This document shows positions 1 through 9,177 of a DNA stretch of 64,000 nt, one piece after another. The position numbers and the translations under genes were made by a program. Positions within the stretch are counted from its first letter, which is position 1; each line of letters begins with the position of its first letter. Below the pieces are notes generated by a model. That model did no database searches. It was not told the origin of the DNA and worked only from the letters and a program-made list of their open reading frames with translations. Source of the DNA: an uncultured cyanobacterium (GTDB lineage Bacteria > Cyanobacteriota > Cyanobacteriia > Pseudanabaenales > Pseudanabaenaceae); the NCBI GenBank assembly GCA_963703315.1, contig OY969811.1, positions 64,001 to 128,000 on the forward strand. The letters run 5' to 3'.

Positions 1-1
1 A

Positions 2-1324
2 ATGTTATCCTCAGTCATTAGCGCTCTGGCTGACGCGGGAGGGAACCTCGGACAGATTGATCTAATCCAGCAGACTCGCAAAATTTCGGTACGGGATATT
101 ACCGTAAATGCCTATAGCTCTGAACACATGGATAAATTGATAGCTGTGGTGAAGGCAGTCCCCGAAATCCGAGTTTTAGATGTTTACGATCGCACTTTCC
201 AAGTTCACAAAGGCGGCAAAATCCATCTTGAATCGAAGGTTGCCGTTAAGGGGCAAGATGATCTGGCAATGGTCTATACGCCGGGGGTAGGGCGTGTTTG
301 TATGGCGATCGCGGAAGACAAGCGTAAAGTCTATGACTACACGATCAAGTGCAATACGATCGCGGTGGTTACCGATGGCACGGCAGTACTCGGACTGGGT
401 GATATTGGTCCTGAAGCAGCGATGCCTGTGATGGAAGGTAAGGCGATGTTATTTAAACAATTTGCAGGACTAGATGCATTTCCAATCTGTCTTAATACCA
501 AAGATGTTGATGAAATTGTCGAAACCGTGAAGCGTATTTCTCCAGCCTTTGGCGGTGTTAATCTCGAAGATATTAGCGCCCCTCGATGCTTTGAAATCGA
601 AAAGCGTCTCAAAGAAGAATTAGATATTCCTGTGTATCATGATGATCAGCATGGCACAGCAGTTGTCGTTGTGGCTGCGACGATTAACGCGCTCAAAGTG
701 GTTAGCAAACCAATCGATACTGTCCGCATTGTCATGAACGGTGCAGGAGCTTCAGGAATTGCGGTAGCCAGACTCTTACGGGAAGCGGGGGTAAAACGCA
801 TTTCTATGTGTGATTCTAAGGGCTGTATCAGTAAGGATCGGACTGACTTGACTGCGGAGAAATTAGAATTTGTCAGCGAGGTATCTGGTTCTCTGGCTGA
901 TGTGATTAAGGGAGCCGATATGTTTATTGGTCTGAGTGTCAAGGGTGCGCTCACTCCTGAAATGGTCAGAAGTATGGCTCCTGCACCAATTGTCTTTGCA
1001 ATGGCAAATCCCAATCCTGAAATTCAACCTGAACTTGTAGAAAATGATGTTGCGGTAATTGCTACAGGGCGCAGTGACTACGCCAACCAAATCAATAACG
1101 TCTTGGCATTCCCTGGAATCTTCCGAGGTGCGCTCGATGCCAGAGTTACCAAAATCACAACTCAGATGAATTTAGGTGCTGCCCAAGCGATCGCCTCTCT
1201 AGTGAGCAGTAGTGATCTCGCCCCTGATTTTATTATTCCCTCAGTGTTTGATCCCCGTGTTTCCCATGCTGTCTCTGCCGCCGTTCATGCAGTGGCACGT
1301 CAACAAGGACTAGCTAACGCCTAA
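2..1324 (+). CDS. NAD(P)-dependent malic enzyme with N-terminal ACT-like domain (probably 5'-truncated by the window edge)
   Basis: Motifs YTPGV, VVTDGTAVLGLGDIG, EGKA, NLEDI, HDDQHGTA, GAGASG, ATGRSD..NQINN. Confidence 0.92.
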   Translation: MLSSVISALADAGGNLGQIDLIQQTRKISVRDITVNAYSSEHMDKLIAVVKAVPEIRVLDVYDRTFQVHKGGKIHLESKVAVKGQDDLAMVYTPGVGRVCMAIAEDKRKVYDYTIKCNTIAVVTDGTAVLGLGDIGPEAAMPVMEGKAMLFKQFAGLDAFPICLNTKDVDEIVETVKRISPAFGGVNLEDISAPRCFEIEKRLKEELDIPVYHDDQHGTAVVVVAATINALKVVSKPIDTVRIVMNGAGASGIAVARLLREAGVKRISMCDSKGCISKDRTDLTAEKLEFVSEVSGSLADVIKGADMFIGLSVKGALTPEMVRSMAPAPIVFAMANPNPEIQPELVENDVAVIATGRSDYANQINNVLAFPGIFRGALDARVTKITTQMNLGAAQAIASLVSSSDLAPDFIIPSVFDPRVSHAVSAAVHAVARQQGLANA

Positions 1325-1377
1325 AAATCAAAAGGGTAAAATGAAAAGGGTCATGCGTCGCATGACCCTTTTCATTT

Positions 1378-2046
1378 TTATTTTTGCATGGTGATAAATT
1401 CATCAACTAAATTTAACAGTCGTTCGATCGCCTCATTGAGATTGAGTGACTTCACTGGAAATCCATGAGCAACACGATTTCTAATTTCATTTAAGGCGAT
1501 CGCCCTTGCAAATTGATCTTCCGAAATCTCCGACTGTTGATGGAGATGATGAATCATTAAAGTCGTCGGTAATCGGTCAATAGGAATTAACGCTTGCCTT
1601 GCGTATCTTCGCATTAAGACTTCAGCAAAAATCCAAAGTGATAGAAAGGCAGCCTCATGCTCACCAATCGAAATCAATTTCGCAATCCGTTCCTTACGAT
1701 GTAAAATTTGCGATCGCGTTAATTTTTGATCAGCAATATCTTCTTCCGCGATCGGTGTGGCATCTTCACCAGTAATTAGTAGAAAACGCCAACCACTATA
1801 GCCAGATATAACCTTGGCTAATTCACGATAGTGGCTGATGGACAAATTGGAAGCTATATTCTCAATCTCGACAATAAACCCTTGATGCTCTGAGAGCTTT
1901 ACCAATAAATCTGGTTCATACTGAGCTAAATCAAAGGGAATTTGATGGATATTGGGCTGAGAAATAACCTCATATCCTTGAGAGCTATAACATTGAGCAA
2001 CTTTTGTTTTGAGCAAATTCTTAATATCTATATGATCTAAACACAT
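1378..2046 (-). CDS. Hypothetical protein: N-terminal PD-(D/E)xK-like (REase_AHJR-like) domain plus C-terminal HEPN-like domain
   Basis: GYEV...YEPDLLV...FIVEIE at the N-terminus; helical C-terminus with R-x4-H motif RNRVAH. Confidence 0.55.
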   Translation of the reverse strand: MCLDHIDIKNLLKTKVAQCYSSQGYEVISQPNIHQIPFDLAQYEPDLLVKLSEHQGFIVEIENIASNLSISHYRELAKVISGYSGWRFLLITGEDATPIAEEDIADQKLTRSQILHRKERIAKLISIGEHEAAFLSLWIFAEVLMRRYARQALIPIDRLPTTLMIHHLHQQSEISEDQFARAIALNEIRNRVAHGFPVKSLNLNEAIERLLNLVDEFITMQK

Positions 2047-2101
2047 TCATAAGTCCTGCTGCATTTGTTTTAGGAAACTTAGAAAACTTGTGGAACCTGC
2101 A

Positions 2102-3421
2102 CTACATAAAATCGCGAGGATCGGTGATATGTCCTGTCAAAGCAGATGCTGCGGCAGTATAGGGTGAAGCAAGGTAAATCTGTGCTTGCTTATTACCCAT
2201 CCGTCCGGGGAAGTTACGGTTTGTCGTCGAGACACAAACTTCTGCTTCATTGACGCGCCCAAAGGTATCTTGCGGACCACCTAAGCAAGCAGCACAGGAA
2301 GGAGAAGCGGGTTCAATGCAACCTGCTTGTAAGAAGATTTCTGAAAGCGTTAAGCCATCAATCTTCAAGTTAAAGAGATCGTTGTATACCTTTTGGGTAG
2401 CAGGTACAAGATAGGTAGGAACTTTGACCTGTTGACCTTTGATGATTTTGGCGGCGTGATAGAAGTCCTCAGACTTGCCTCCAGTGCAGGAACCAATATA
2501 AACACGATCAATCTTGACATCTTGGACTTCTCTTACAAGAGCGCGATTGTCAGGAGAGTGAGGTTTAGCAACGACAGGTTCCAACTTCGAGACATCATAA
2601 TGCTTCACATAGTAGTACTGAGCATCATTATCAGCATAGAGAGATTCAAAGGGCTTATCGGTACGCGATCGCACATAGTCAAAGGTAGTTTGGTCTGGTG
2701 CAATCACGCCATTTTTACCACCCGCCTCGATCGCCATATTGCAAAGAGTCATGCGCTCTTCCATTGTTAATTGGGCGATCGCTTCGCCTTCAATCTGCAT
2801 CGCTCGATAATTAGCACCACTCACACTGATGTCACCAATGACTTGCAAAATCAGATCCTTTGCCAACAAGTAAGGAGGCATTTCGCCATCAAAGACAAAC
2901 TTCATCGAAGCGGGTACTTTTAGCAACAATTTGCCCGTACCCATGACAAAGGCAGCATCAGTATTACCAATACCTGTGGCAAACTGTCCAAAGGCTCCTG
3001 CATTACAAGTATGCGAGTCAGTACCAAATAGAACTTCTCCAGGGCGAGTGTGACCTTCTTGAGCTAGTGCTACGTGGCAAACGCCTTTGTAGTCAGGATT
3101 AGCCTTAAAGTTAGCAAGATCGGTAATGTCGTAAAAGTATTTAATATCTTGCTCTTTCGCAAAGTCGCGCAAAATATCGACATTGCGGTTTGCTCTTGCA
3201 TCTTTGGTAAAAATATAGTGATCGGGAATCAAGACGATTTTTTCTTTATCCCAGACCTGAGCTTCACTACCAAATTCTTTTTTAAAAATGCCAATCGTTC
3301 CAGGTCCGCAAACATCATGGGTCATCAGTAGGTCAGCATTCACCCAAATATTTTCGCCTGGAGTAACGTGGCTTTTTCCCGAAGCTTTTGCTAAAATCTT
3401 TTCGGTGAGTGTCATTCCCAT
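2102..3421 (-). CDS. leuC: 3-isopropylmalate dehydratase large subunit (aconitase family)
   Basis: MTLTEKILA, PDH, GTDSHT, IGSCTGG, CAACLG, STTNRNFPGRMG, YLASP. Confidence 0.9.
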   Translation of the reverse strand: MGMTLTEKILAKASGKSHVTPGENIWVNADLLMTHDVCGPGTIGIFKKEFGSEAQVWDKEKIVLIPDHYIFTKDARANRNVDILRDFAKEQDIKYFYDITDLANFKANPDYKGVCHVALAQEGHTRPGEVLFGTDSHTCNAGAFGQFATGIGNTDAAFVMGTGKLLLKVPASMKFVFDGEMPPYLLAKDLILQVIGDISVSGANYRAMQIEGEAIAQLTMEERMTLCNMAIEAGGKNGVIAPDQTTFDYVRSRTDKPFESLYADNDAQYYYVKHYDVSKLEPVVAKPHSPDNRALVREVQDVKIDRVYIGSCTGGKSEDFYHAAKIIKGQQVKVPTYLVPATQKVYNDLFNLKIDGLTLSEIFLQAGCIEPASPSCAACLGGPQDTFGRVNEAEVCVSTTNRNFPGRMGNKQAQIYLASPYTAAASALTGHITDPRDFM

Positions 3422-3709
3422 AGTTGTGATGTCCTTGTGTAGATGCTGATTCCTACTTGCGTTTTACAAATTAAATAGTAATGCTAAAGAAGTAATAATT
3501 TCTGAGTAATGAAGTGTCGCGCTTTGCGTGGCACTTCACTACTTCTTTAGGAATACCACTTAAATTATAGTCTGAGATCGGAAATTTTGTGATACTAAGC
3601 AACCTTTAGTGGTGTGCAGCTTTGCCTCACATCATTAAAGGTTCCCATAGATATAGGCGATCGCCTATACTAATATCGTTAAATTTTAAGTATTTAAGTA
3701 GATTCTCCT

Positions 3710-4897
3710 ATGACTAAATTTCTCCCCATTGCGTCATGGCTCTTGGGAGCCTTATCTTTGAGCGCTCTTGTGGGTTGTAGTGATAACTCCATTGCGATTA
3801 AGCCCCCAATTAATTCTCAAAATACTTCAGTAGCCGCAACCCCAAAATTAGAGTCATCTAACCTTGCTACTACTGCATCTCCTACAACTTCAGTAGCTCA
3901 AGTTCCCCCAGTACAAGGAAATCTTCTAGATGCATCCCAAAAAATGCAGCTTCAGGAATTAGCCGTGCCGATTGTTGTACCGACCTATCTCCCTGAAGGA
4001 TTTCGCTTGATTAAACTTGATTCTGGGAAGGAAGAGTTACGCTCTGGTAGTTATGCTTACTATTCCATTCTTTATCGGGGCGAAAACGATACTTGCTTGG
4101 ATATTTCTTTGAATACCGATCCTGCAATGTTGACTTCACGGATGCCAAGAAGGTTTATACAAATTCCAATTAGTCAGAAAGAAGTAACGATCATTTATGG
4201 CAAGTTAGAAGATAAATCTATTACATTAGGGCGCTTTGGAGTTGCAAATGGATCGCCCAATAGTGCATATATGCTCAGAACTGGAGGCTGGATGCCTTCT
4301 GGTCAAGAGGGAAAAAATATTCGTTGTAATTCTATTAGTGAAGAAGAGTACAACAAAGTATTGCAATCCCTAAAAGTGCTAGATTTTAAAGAAAATACGA
4401 GTACCAACAATTCACTAGATCAAAGTGCGATCGCGTCCAATTCCAGCAATTCTGACAATCTCTTGTCCGTAGAGCAGAAAGAGCAATTATCTCAATTAGG
4501 GATTGAAGTGATCTTACCAACTTATTTGCCTATGGGAACTAAACTTGACAGCTTTAAGGCATCCAAAAAGAAAACCTCACAAATTGCCGACTCTTCTTTT
4601 TACAATATTCAATATATTGGCACAGACAACACTTGTCTTGAAGCAGGATCTGGCTATCAATCAATGTGGCAAAAGAATCCCAGTAAGATTCAAATTGACA
4701 CGAAGGTTGGAGTCGTTGAAGTTTCTTCGGGAACTCATAGTCGTAGTGGAACCTTGCAGCACTGGGGCTGGATTCGGAAGAATGCGGAAGGTCAGTCTTT
4801 GATTACAGGGGGAAGATCCTCCACTGGAAAGCCTTGCAATCCGATCAATTTTGAGGAATATAAAAAGGTTTTGCAATCGCTGGAAGTCCTAAAATAG
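3710..4897 (+). CDS. Putative lipoprotein with two tandem copies of a ~150-aa PTYLP-containing extracytoplasmic domain
   Basis: Lipobox ALVGC; repeated blocks Q(K)xQL..PTYLP..Y.I.Y.G...TCL..C..I..EEY.KVLQSL.VL. Confidence 0.65.
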   Translation: MTKFLPIASWLLGALSLSALVGCSDNSIAIKPPINSQNTSVAATPKLESSNLATTASPTTSVAQVPPVQGNLLDASQKMQLQELAVPIVVPTYLPEGFRLIKLDSGKEELRSGSYAYYSILYRGENDTCLDISLNTDPAMLTSRMPRRFIQIPISQKEVTIIYGKLEDKSITLGRFGVANGSPNSAYMLRTGGWMPSGQEGKNIRCNSISEEEYNKVLQSLKVLDFKENTSTNNSLDQSAIASNSSNSDNLLSVEQKEQLSQLGIEVILPTYLPMGTKLDSFKASKKKTSQIADSSFYNIQYIGTDNTCLEAGSGYQSMWQKNPSKIQIDTKVGVVEVSSGTHSRSGTLQHWGWIRKNAEGQSLITGGRSSTGKPCNPINFEEYKKVLQSLEVLK

Positions 4898-4975
4898 ACT
4901 AGATTGGGGCGTAAAAAAACACAAATAGACCCGTTATTTTGAATAAATAAGGTAGGTTAACAGTATGATAAGTTC

Positions 4976-6100
4976 ATGAATCAATATTTTGCAACTGTGG
5001 CGAGGGGCTTAGAAGCACTTGCAGCACAGGAATTAGAACAATTAGGCGCACATTCCGTTGAGGCGGGATTTTGTGGTGTGAGCTTTGAAGGCGATCGCAC
5101 TTTACTGTATCGCGTTAATCTTTGGGCGCGTTTACCATTCCGCATCTTGATGCATCTTGATCAGTTTGATTGCCTTGATGCCGATGATCTCTATCAAGGA
5201 ATTAAAGCGATCGACTGGTCAGAATTTTTAACTCCTGAAATGACTTTAGCGGTGAATGCTACTGGTAAAAACGATCGCCTCAATCATACGCATTTCACGG
5301 CGCTTCAAGTTAAGAATGCGATCGTTGATCAGCAGAAAGAAAGATTTGGCGAGAGATCGGATGTGGATGTGCAGGAAGCTGATTTGCGAATCGGGGTACA
5401 TATTGACGACAATGGTTGCACAGTCAGCCTCGATAGCTCTGGCAATAGTCTCCACCGTCGCGGTTATCGTCCTGCCGTAGGTGCAGCACCACTAAAGGAA
5501 TCCCTTGCGGCTGCCTTAATCCAGATGTCAGGTTGGCAACCCGATCAAATGTTTTATGATCCTCTCTGTGGCTCAGGAACCCTGCCCTTAGAAGCCAGTT
5601 TAAAAGCGCTAAATATTGCCCCCGGAATGTTTCGCGAGCATTTTGGCTTTGAGACTTGGCTAGATTTTGATCAAGAGCTTTTAGCACAACTAATTCAAGA
5701 AGCAGATGATAGTCGTTTAGATGCTTTACCTGCTCCCATCTGGGGTAGCGATCGCAATCCTGAGGTGGTCGATCAAGCGATCATCAATGCCAAAAATTGC
5801 GGTCTCTCTAATCATGTCTATTTCTCAGCCTTAGAGCTTGCGGAAGTCGTCGCTCCTGCTGATAGTGGCGTTCTCTTTTGCAATCCTCCCTATGGTGAGA
5901 GATTAGGACGCGATAGTGACTTGGGCGCTTTCTATAAGCAGTTAGGGAATGTACTCAAACAGCGTTTTAAGGGATGGACGGCTTTTGTACTGAGTGGGAA
6001 TAAGGAGCTATCACAAACGATTGGGTTAAAGTCTTCTCAACGCACAGCCGTTTTAAATGGAACTTTACCCTGTCAATTAATGAAATATGAACTCTATTAA
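4976..6100 (+). CDS. THUMP-domain RNA methyltransferase (RlmL/RlmKL N-terminal family)
   Basis: LDSSGNSLHRRGYR, APLKESLAA, DPLCGSGT, NPPYGERL. Confidence 0.9.
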   Translation: MNQYFATVARGLEALAAQELEQLGAHSVEAGFCGVSFEGDRTLLYRVNLWARLPFRILMHLDQFDCLDADDLYQGIKAIDWSEFLTPEMTLAVNATGKNDRLNHTHFTALQVKNAIVDQQKERFGERSDVDVQEADLRIGVHIDDNGCTVSLDSSGNSLHRRGYRPAVGAAPLKESLAAALIQMSGWQPDQMFYDPLCGSGTLPLEASLKALNIAPGMFREHFGFETWLDFDQELLAQLIQEADDSRLDALPAPIWGSDRNPEVVDQAIINAKNCGLSNHVYFSALELAEVVAPADSGVLFCNPPYGERLGRDSDLGAFYKQLGNVLKQRFKGWTAFVLSGNKELSQTIGLKSSQRTAVLNGTLPCQLMKYELY

Positions 6101-6109
6101 TCAATGGAG

Positions 6110-6257
6110 CTTATGTTACACAGAATCAGCTAAAACCCTCACCCCTAGCCCCTCTCCCATTAAGGGAGAGGGGAACAAGAAAAACTCTTACTCCCCTTCT
6201 CCCGTTCTGGGAGAAGGGGTTGGGGGATGAGGGCAATTTAGATTTTGCGTAAGTCCT
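6110..6257. repeat. ~145-bp cyanobacterial dispersed repeat / MITE-like element, copy 1
   Basis: CCCCTCTCCC-n-GGGAGAGGGG and CCCCTTCTCCC-n-GGGAGAAGGGG hairpins, terminus TGCGTAAGTCCT; inverted homolog at 7296-7443. Confidence 0.8.
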
Positions 6258-6264
6258 CTATTGG

Positions 6265-7263
6265 CTATAAAGGTGGTAAATAACCCATTGCATCTTTGAC
6301 AGCGTTGAGGGTTTTAAAAGCAGTTTCAGATGCTTTCTCACGACCTTCTTTTAATACGCGATCGAGATAGCCCGACTCTTTTATCACTTGATCATATTTA
6401 GATTGAATTGGCTCAAGATGAGCGATCGCTGCATCCGTCAGCACCGTCTTAAAATCACCCCAACCGCGCCATGTAGCTGCCTCAGCTTGCACCTGTTCCT
6501 TAGTTTTATTCGCAAAAATTGCGTATAAGCCCAACAAATTATTGGCTTCAGGGCGATCGCTATCATCAAAGGCTAACTCGCGCACCGCATCCGTTTTACA
6601 CTTCTTGATTTTCTTAGCAATCTCATCGGGCTTGTCTAACAAATGAATCCGACTCATTTCTGAAGGATCAGACTTAGACATTTTTTTAGTGCCATCAGTG
6701 AGGCTCATCACCCTTGCACCTTCTTTGCGAATCAATGGCTCAGGTACTTTTAAAACGGTTGCAAATTGATCGTTAAATCTTCCCGCGACATCTCGCGTTA
6801 ATTCTAAATGTTGCTTCTGATCTTCACCGACAGGTACTAAGTCCGCTTGATATAGCAAAATATCCGCCGCCATCAGTACAGGATAGTCCAGCAAACCCAC
6901 GCCAACATTTTCGCCTTGTTTGATAGCTTTCTCTTTGAACTGAATCATGCGCTCTAACCAATTTAGCGGCGTGATGCAATTCAGCAGCCATGTGAGTTCA
7001 GCATGGGCGGACACATGGGACTGCACAAAAATGGTGGAAATGCTCGGATCAATGCCGCAAGCAATATATAGCGCTGCAATATCGCGGGTATTGCTCGCTA
7101 AGGTTTTGGGATCGTGAGGAACGGTAATCGCGTGCAGATCGACAACACAAAAGAAATTTTCGTAATCAGCCTGAGTCTCTACCCAGTTGCGAATTGCGCC
7201 CAAATAATTGCCAATATGAAGATTGCCAGTTGGTTGTACGCCAGATAGAACTCGTTTTTGCAT
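6265..7263 (-). CDS. trpS: Tryptophan--tRNA ligase (start placed at ATG 7263; the ORF-track extension runs into a repeat)
   Basis: SGVQPTG, HIGN, VGEDQKQH, KMSKS. Confidence 0.97.
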   Translation of the reverse strand: MQKRVLSGVQPTGNLHIGNYLGAIRNWVETQADYENFFCVVDLHAITVPHDPKTLASNTRDIAALYIACGIDPSISTIFVQSHVSAHAELTWLLNCITPLNWLERMIQFKEKAIKQGENVGVGLLDYPVLMAADILLYQADLVPVGEDQKQHLELTRDVAGRFNDQFATVLKVPEPLIRKEGARVMSLTDGTKKMSKSDPSEMSRIHLLDKPDEIAKKIKKCKTDAVRELAFDDSDRPEANNLLGLYAIFANKTKEQVQAEAATWRGWGDFKTVLTDAAIAHLEPIQSKYDQVIKESGYLDRVLKEGREKASETAFKTLNAVKDAMGYLPPL

Positions 7264-7295
7264 GGAAAGTGATTTATCAATAAATTGAGTAGCAA

Positions 7296-7443
7296 GGGGC
7301 TTACGCAAAGTCCAAACTGCCCTCATCCCCCAACCCCTTCTCCCAGAACAGGAGAAGGGGAGTAAGAGACTTTTCTTGTTCCCCTCTCCTTTTTTGGGAG
7401 AGGGGCTAGGGGTGAGGGGCTTAACAATTTCTGCGTAATTCTT
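7296..7443. repeat. ~145-bp dispersed repeat / MITE-like element, copy 2, inverted relative to copy 1
   Basis: GGCTTACGCA...TGCGTAATTCTT ends with the same two internal hairpins. Confidence 0.8.
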
Positions 7444-8101
7444 ATAGGTTGGGATTACAGGTCGATAAGGTATTTACAGGAACAGGGGAGGGAAAAACGA
7501 TCGCTCGACAAAAAGGTAAGCTCACTTTTCCTAAATCCTGCTCAAAAGCTTTCGGTATTGTACCAATTAGTGTTTCGACTATACTCTTGCGCAGATCAGA
7601 TGGGGCAACTTGGTAAATAACACTCAGCATATCGTCAGGAAACCATGCTCTGACCAAGATTAAAAGTTCATTGACGGTGATGGCGCGATCGCGGTTATCA
7701 GGCACTAGCCTAATCCCAACTAAGCGCTCCCGTTCAAAATAAATATTTGCCGTAAAACCTCTGACATAGACCAATTTGCGATCGGGCAGCGCGTACAGTC
7801 CCTCGCCTCCTGGTTGCAAATGATGCATCGTATATTCATCACGATGAATTGTGGCAATTGCTGCCCAATTATTATCCTTGGCATACTCAAAAAATTGCTT
7901 CTCTAACATACCGAGATGCAAAGTTGTGGGCTGTAATGGTGGACGCGCCCTTGTTTGTAAGCTCGGTAATGTCCTGACTGTACCTAATTTTTCTTCGGCA
8001 GAACCCTCCGATCGCGCCATAGGCGTGTAGGCGATCGCGCTCAAGAAAGTATAGGCGATCGCAAAACTGGTGCAGATATAAAAGTTAAATCTAATCGCCA
8101 T
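7442..8101 (-). CDS. Hypothetical protein with probable signal peptide
   Basis: 219-aa ORF, hydrophobic N-terminus, contains HIP1 sites; no family recognised. Confidence 0.6.
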   Translation of the reverse strand: MAIRFNFYICTSFAIAYTFLSAIAYTPMARSEGSAEEKLGTVRTLPSLQTRARPPLQPTTLHLGMLEKQFFEYAKDNNWAAIATIHRDEYTMHHLQPGGEGLYALPDRKLVYVRGFTANIYFERERLVGIRLVPDNRDRAITVNELLILVRAWFPDDMLSVIYQVAPSDLRKSIVETLIGTIPKAFEQDLGKVSLPFCRAIVFPSPVPVNTLSTCNPNL

Positions 8102-8357
8102 ATTCTAATCGCCATTTAATTATGGATACGGCTGACGGCATTGATGTTTCTAGTTACTACCTTATCAGACATAAGGAAGGAATTTTTAGTGGCGCGGCTT
8201 AGCCGCGTTTTACTTTGGTGCGTGCCTAAACAAGAACATTTAAAATACTACCCATTTGATAATATGAAAATTTCAAGCCCTGATATTTTTTATTAAAGTG
8301 GTGTAGCTGTTTCATGTTATAGGTAACAATTAGCCGTTTCTGTGCAATTTTTAATTT

Positions 8358-8723
8358 ATGTCCCTTACCCCAGATTCAGATCGCGGAAAAAATAAAGCTT
8401 CCTCTAAAAGTTTCGAGGCAATGCGAAAGTTCTCTGAGAAATACGCAAAAAATACAGGTACTTTTTTTTGTGTCGATCCTAGTGTTACCAATGCCGTTAT
8501 AGAAGGGTTAGCAAAGCATAAGGAAGAGTTAGGCTCTCCGCTCTGCCCTTGTCGCTATTATGAAGACAAGGAAGCTGAGGTCAAAGATACCTATTGGAAC
8601 TGTCCTTGTGTGCCAATGCGCGAACGGAAAGAATGTCACTGTATGTTGTTTCTCACTGAAGATAGTCCTTTTGTCGGTACAAAGCAAGAATTAGAAATCG
8701 TAGAAATTGTTTACGATGCCTAA
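8358..8723 (+). CDS. ftrC: Ferredoxin-thioredoxin reductase catalytic (beta) subunit
   Basis: CPC...CPC...CHC motifs (PLCPCR, WNCPCV, ECHCMLF). Confidence 0.95.
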   Translation: MSLTPDSDRGKNKASSKSFEAMRKFSEKYAKNTGTFFCVDPSVTNAVIEGLAKHKEELGSPLCPCRYYEDKEAEVKDTYWNCPCVPMRERKECHCMLFLTEDSPFVGTKQELEIVEIVYDA

Positions 8724-8761
8724 AAAATAGAAGCGGCGTTTTGCGTCGCTTTTACTTTTTG

Positions 8762-8810
8762 GTTAATAATGAGTGGTGTGCGGCAAAGCCGCACACCACT
8801 CATTATTAAC
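8762..8810. repeat. Perfect palindrome, 23-bp arms, AAA loop (triloop REP-like family)
   Basis: gttaataatgagtggtgtgcggc-aaa-gccgcacaccactcattattaac. Confidence 0.9.
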
Positions 8811-8837
8811 GTAGGAAAGTCATTTTCAGTAAAAACT

Positions 8838-8975
8838 ATGACAGTGCAATCCTCAACTGATCAGGAATCATCGAGTAAACCTCAAGATGAACCAATCCTC
8901 TGTCCCCATTGCTTGCGTACTGCGAGTAATGGCATTAAATGTCAGGGGATTTGTGTTTCTGATAGTGGTTATTGA
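8838..8975 (+). CDS. Small Cys-rich protein (45 aa; CPHC-x9-C-x3-C)
   Basis: MTVQSS...LCPHCLRTASNGIKCQGICVSDSGY; the upstream ORF-track start lies inside a palindrome. Confidence 0.6.
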   Translation: MTVQSSTDQESSSKPQDEPILCPHCLRTASNGIKCQGICVSDSGY

Positions 8976-9090
8976 ACCCCAAGAGATGAGTAGCAAAGCC
9001 ACTTGTTGGATTTAAAAACCTAGCGATCGCTATAAAATATTGCTGCGATCAGATCAATGGGATATAAGCAGTTTTACAAAATAAATTACT

Positions 9091-9137
9091 CAAACCCATA
9101 AAGTTGCACCCCTGCGGGGTGCAACTTTATGGGTTTG
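9091..9137. repeat. Perfect palindrome, 22-bp arms, 3-nt loop
   Basis: caaacccataaagttgcacccc-tgc-ggggtgcaactttatgggtttg. Confidence 0.9.
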
Positions 9138-9177
9138 GATTTGCAATCAATTATGTCTATCTAATTAGAAATTTTCT

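Noticed and set aside
7264..7326. N-terminal extension of TrpS in the ORF track
   Set aside because: It starts inside the dispersed repeat; the conserved TrpS sequence begins at ATG 7263
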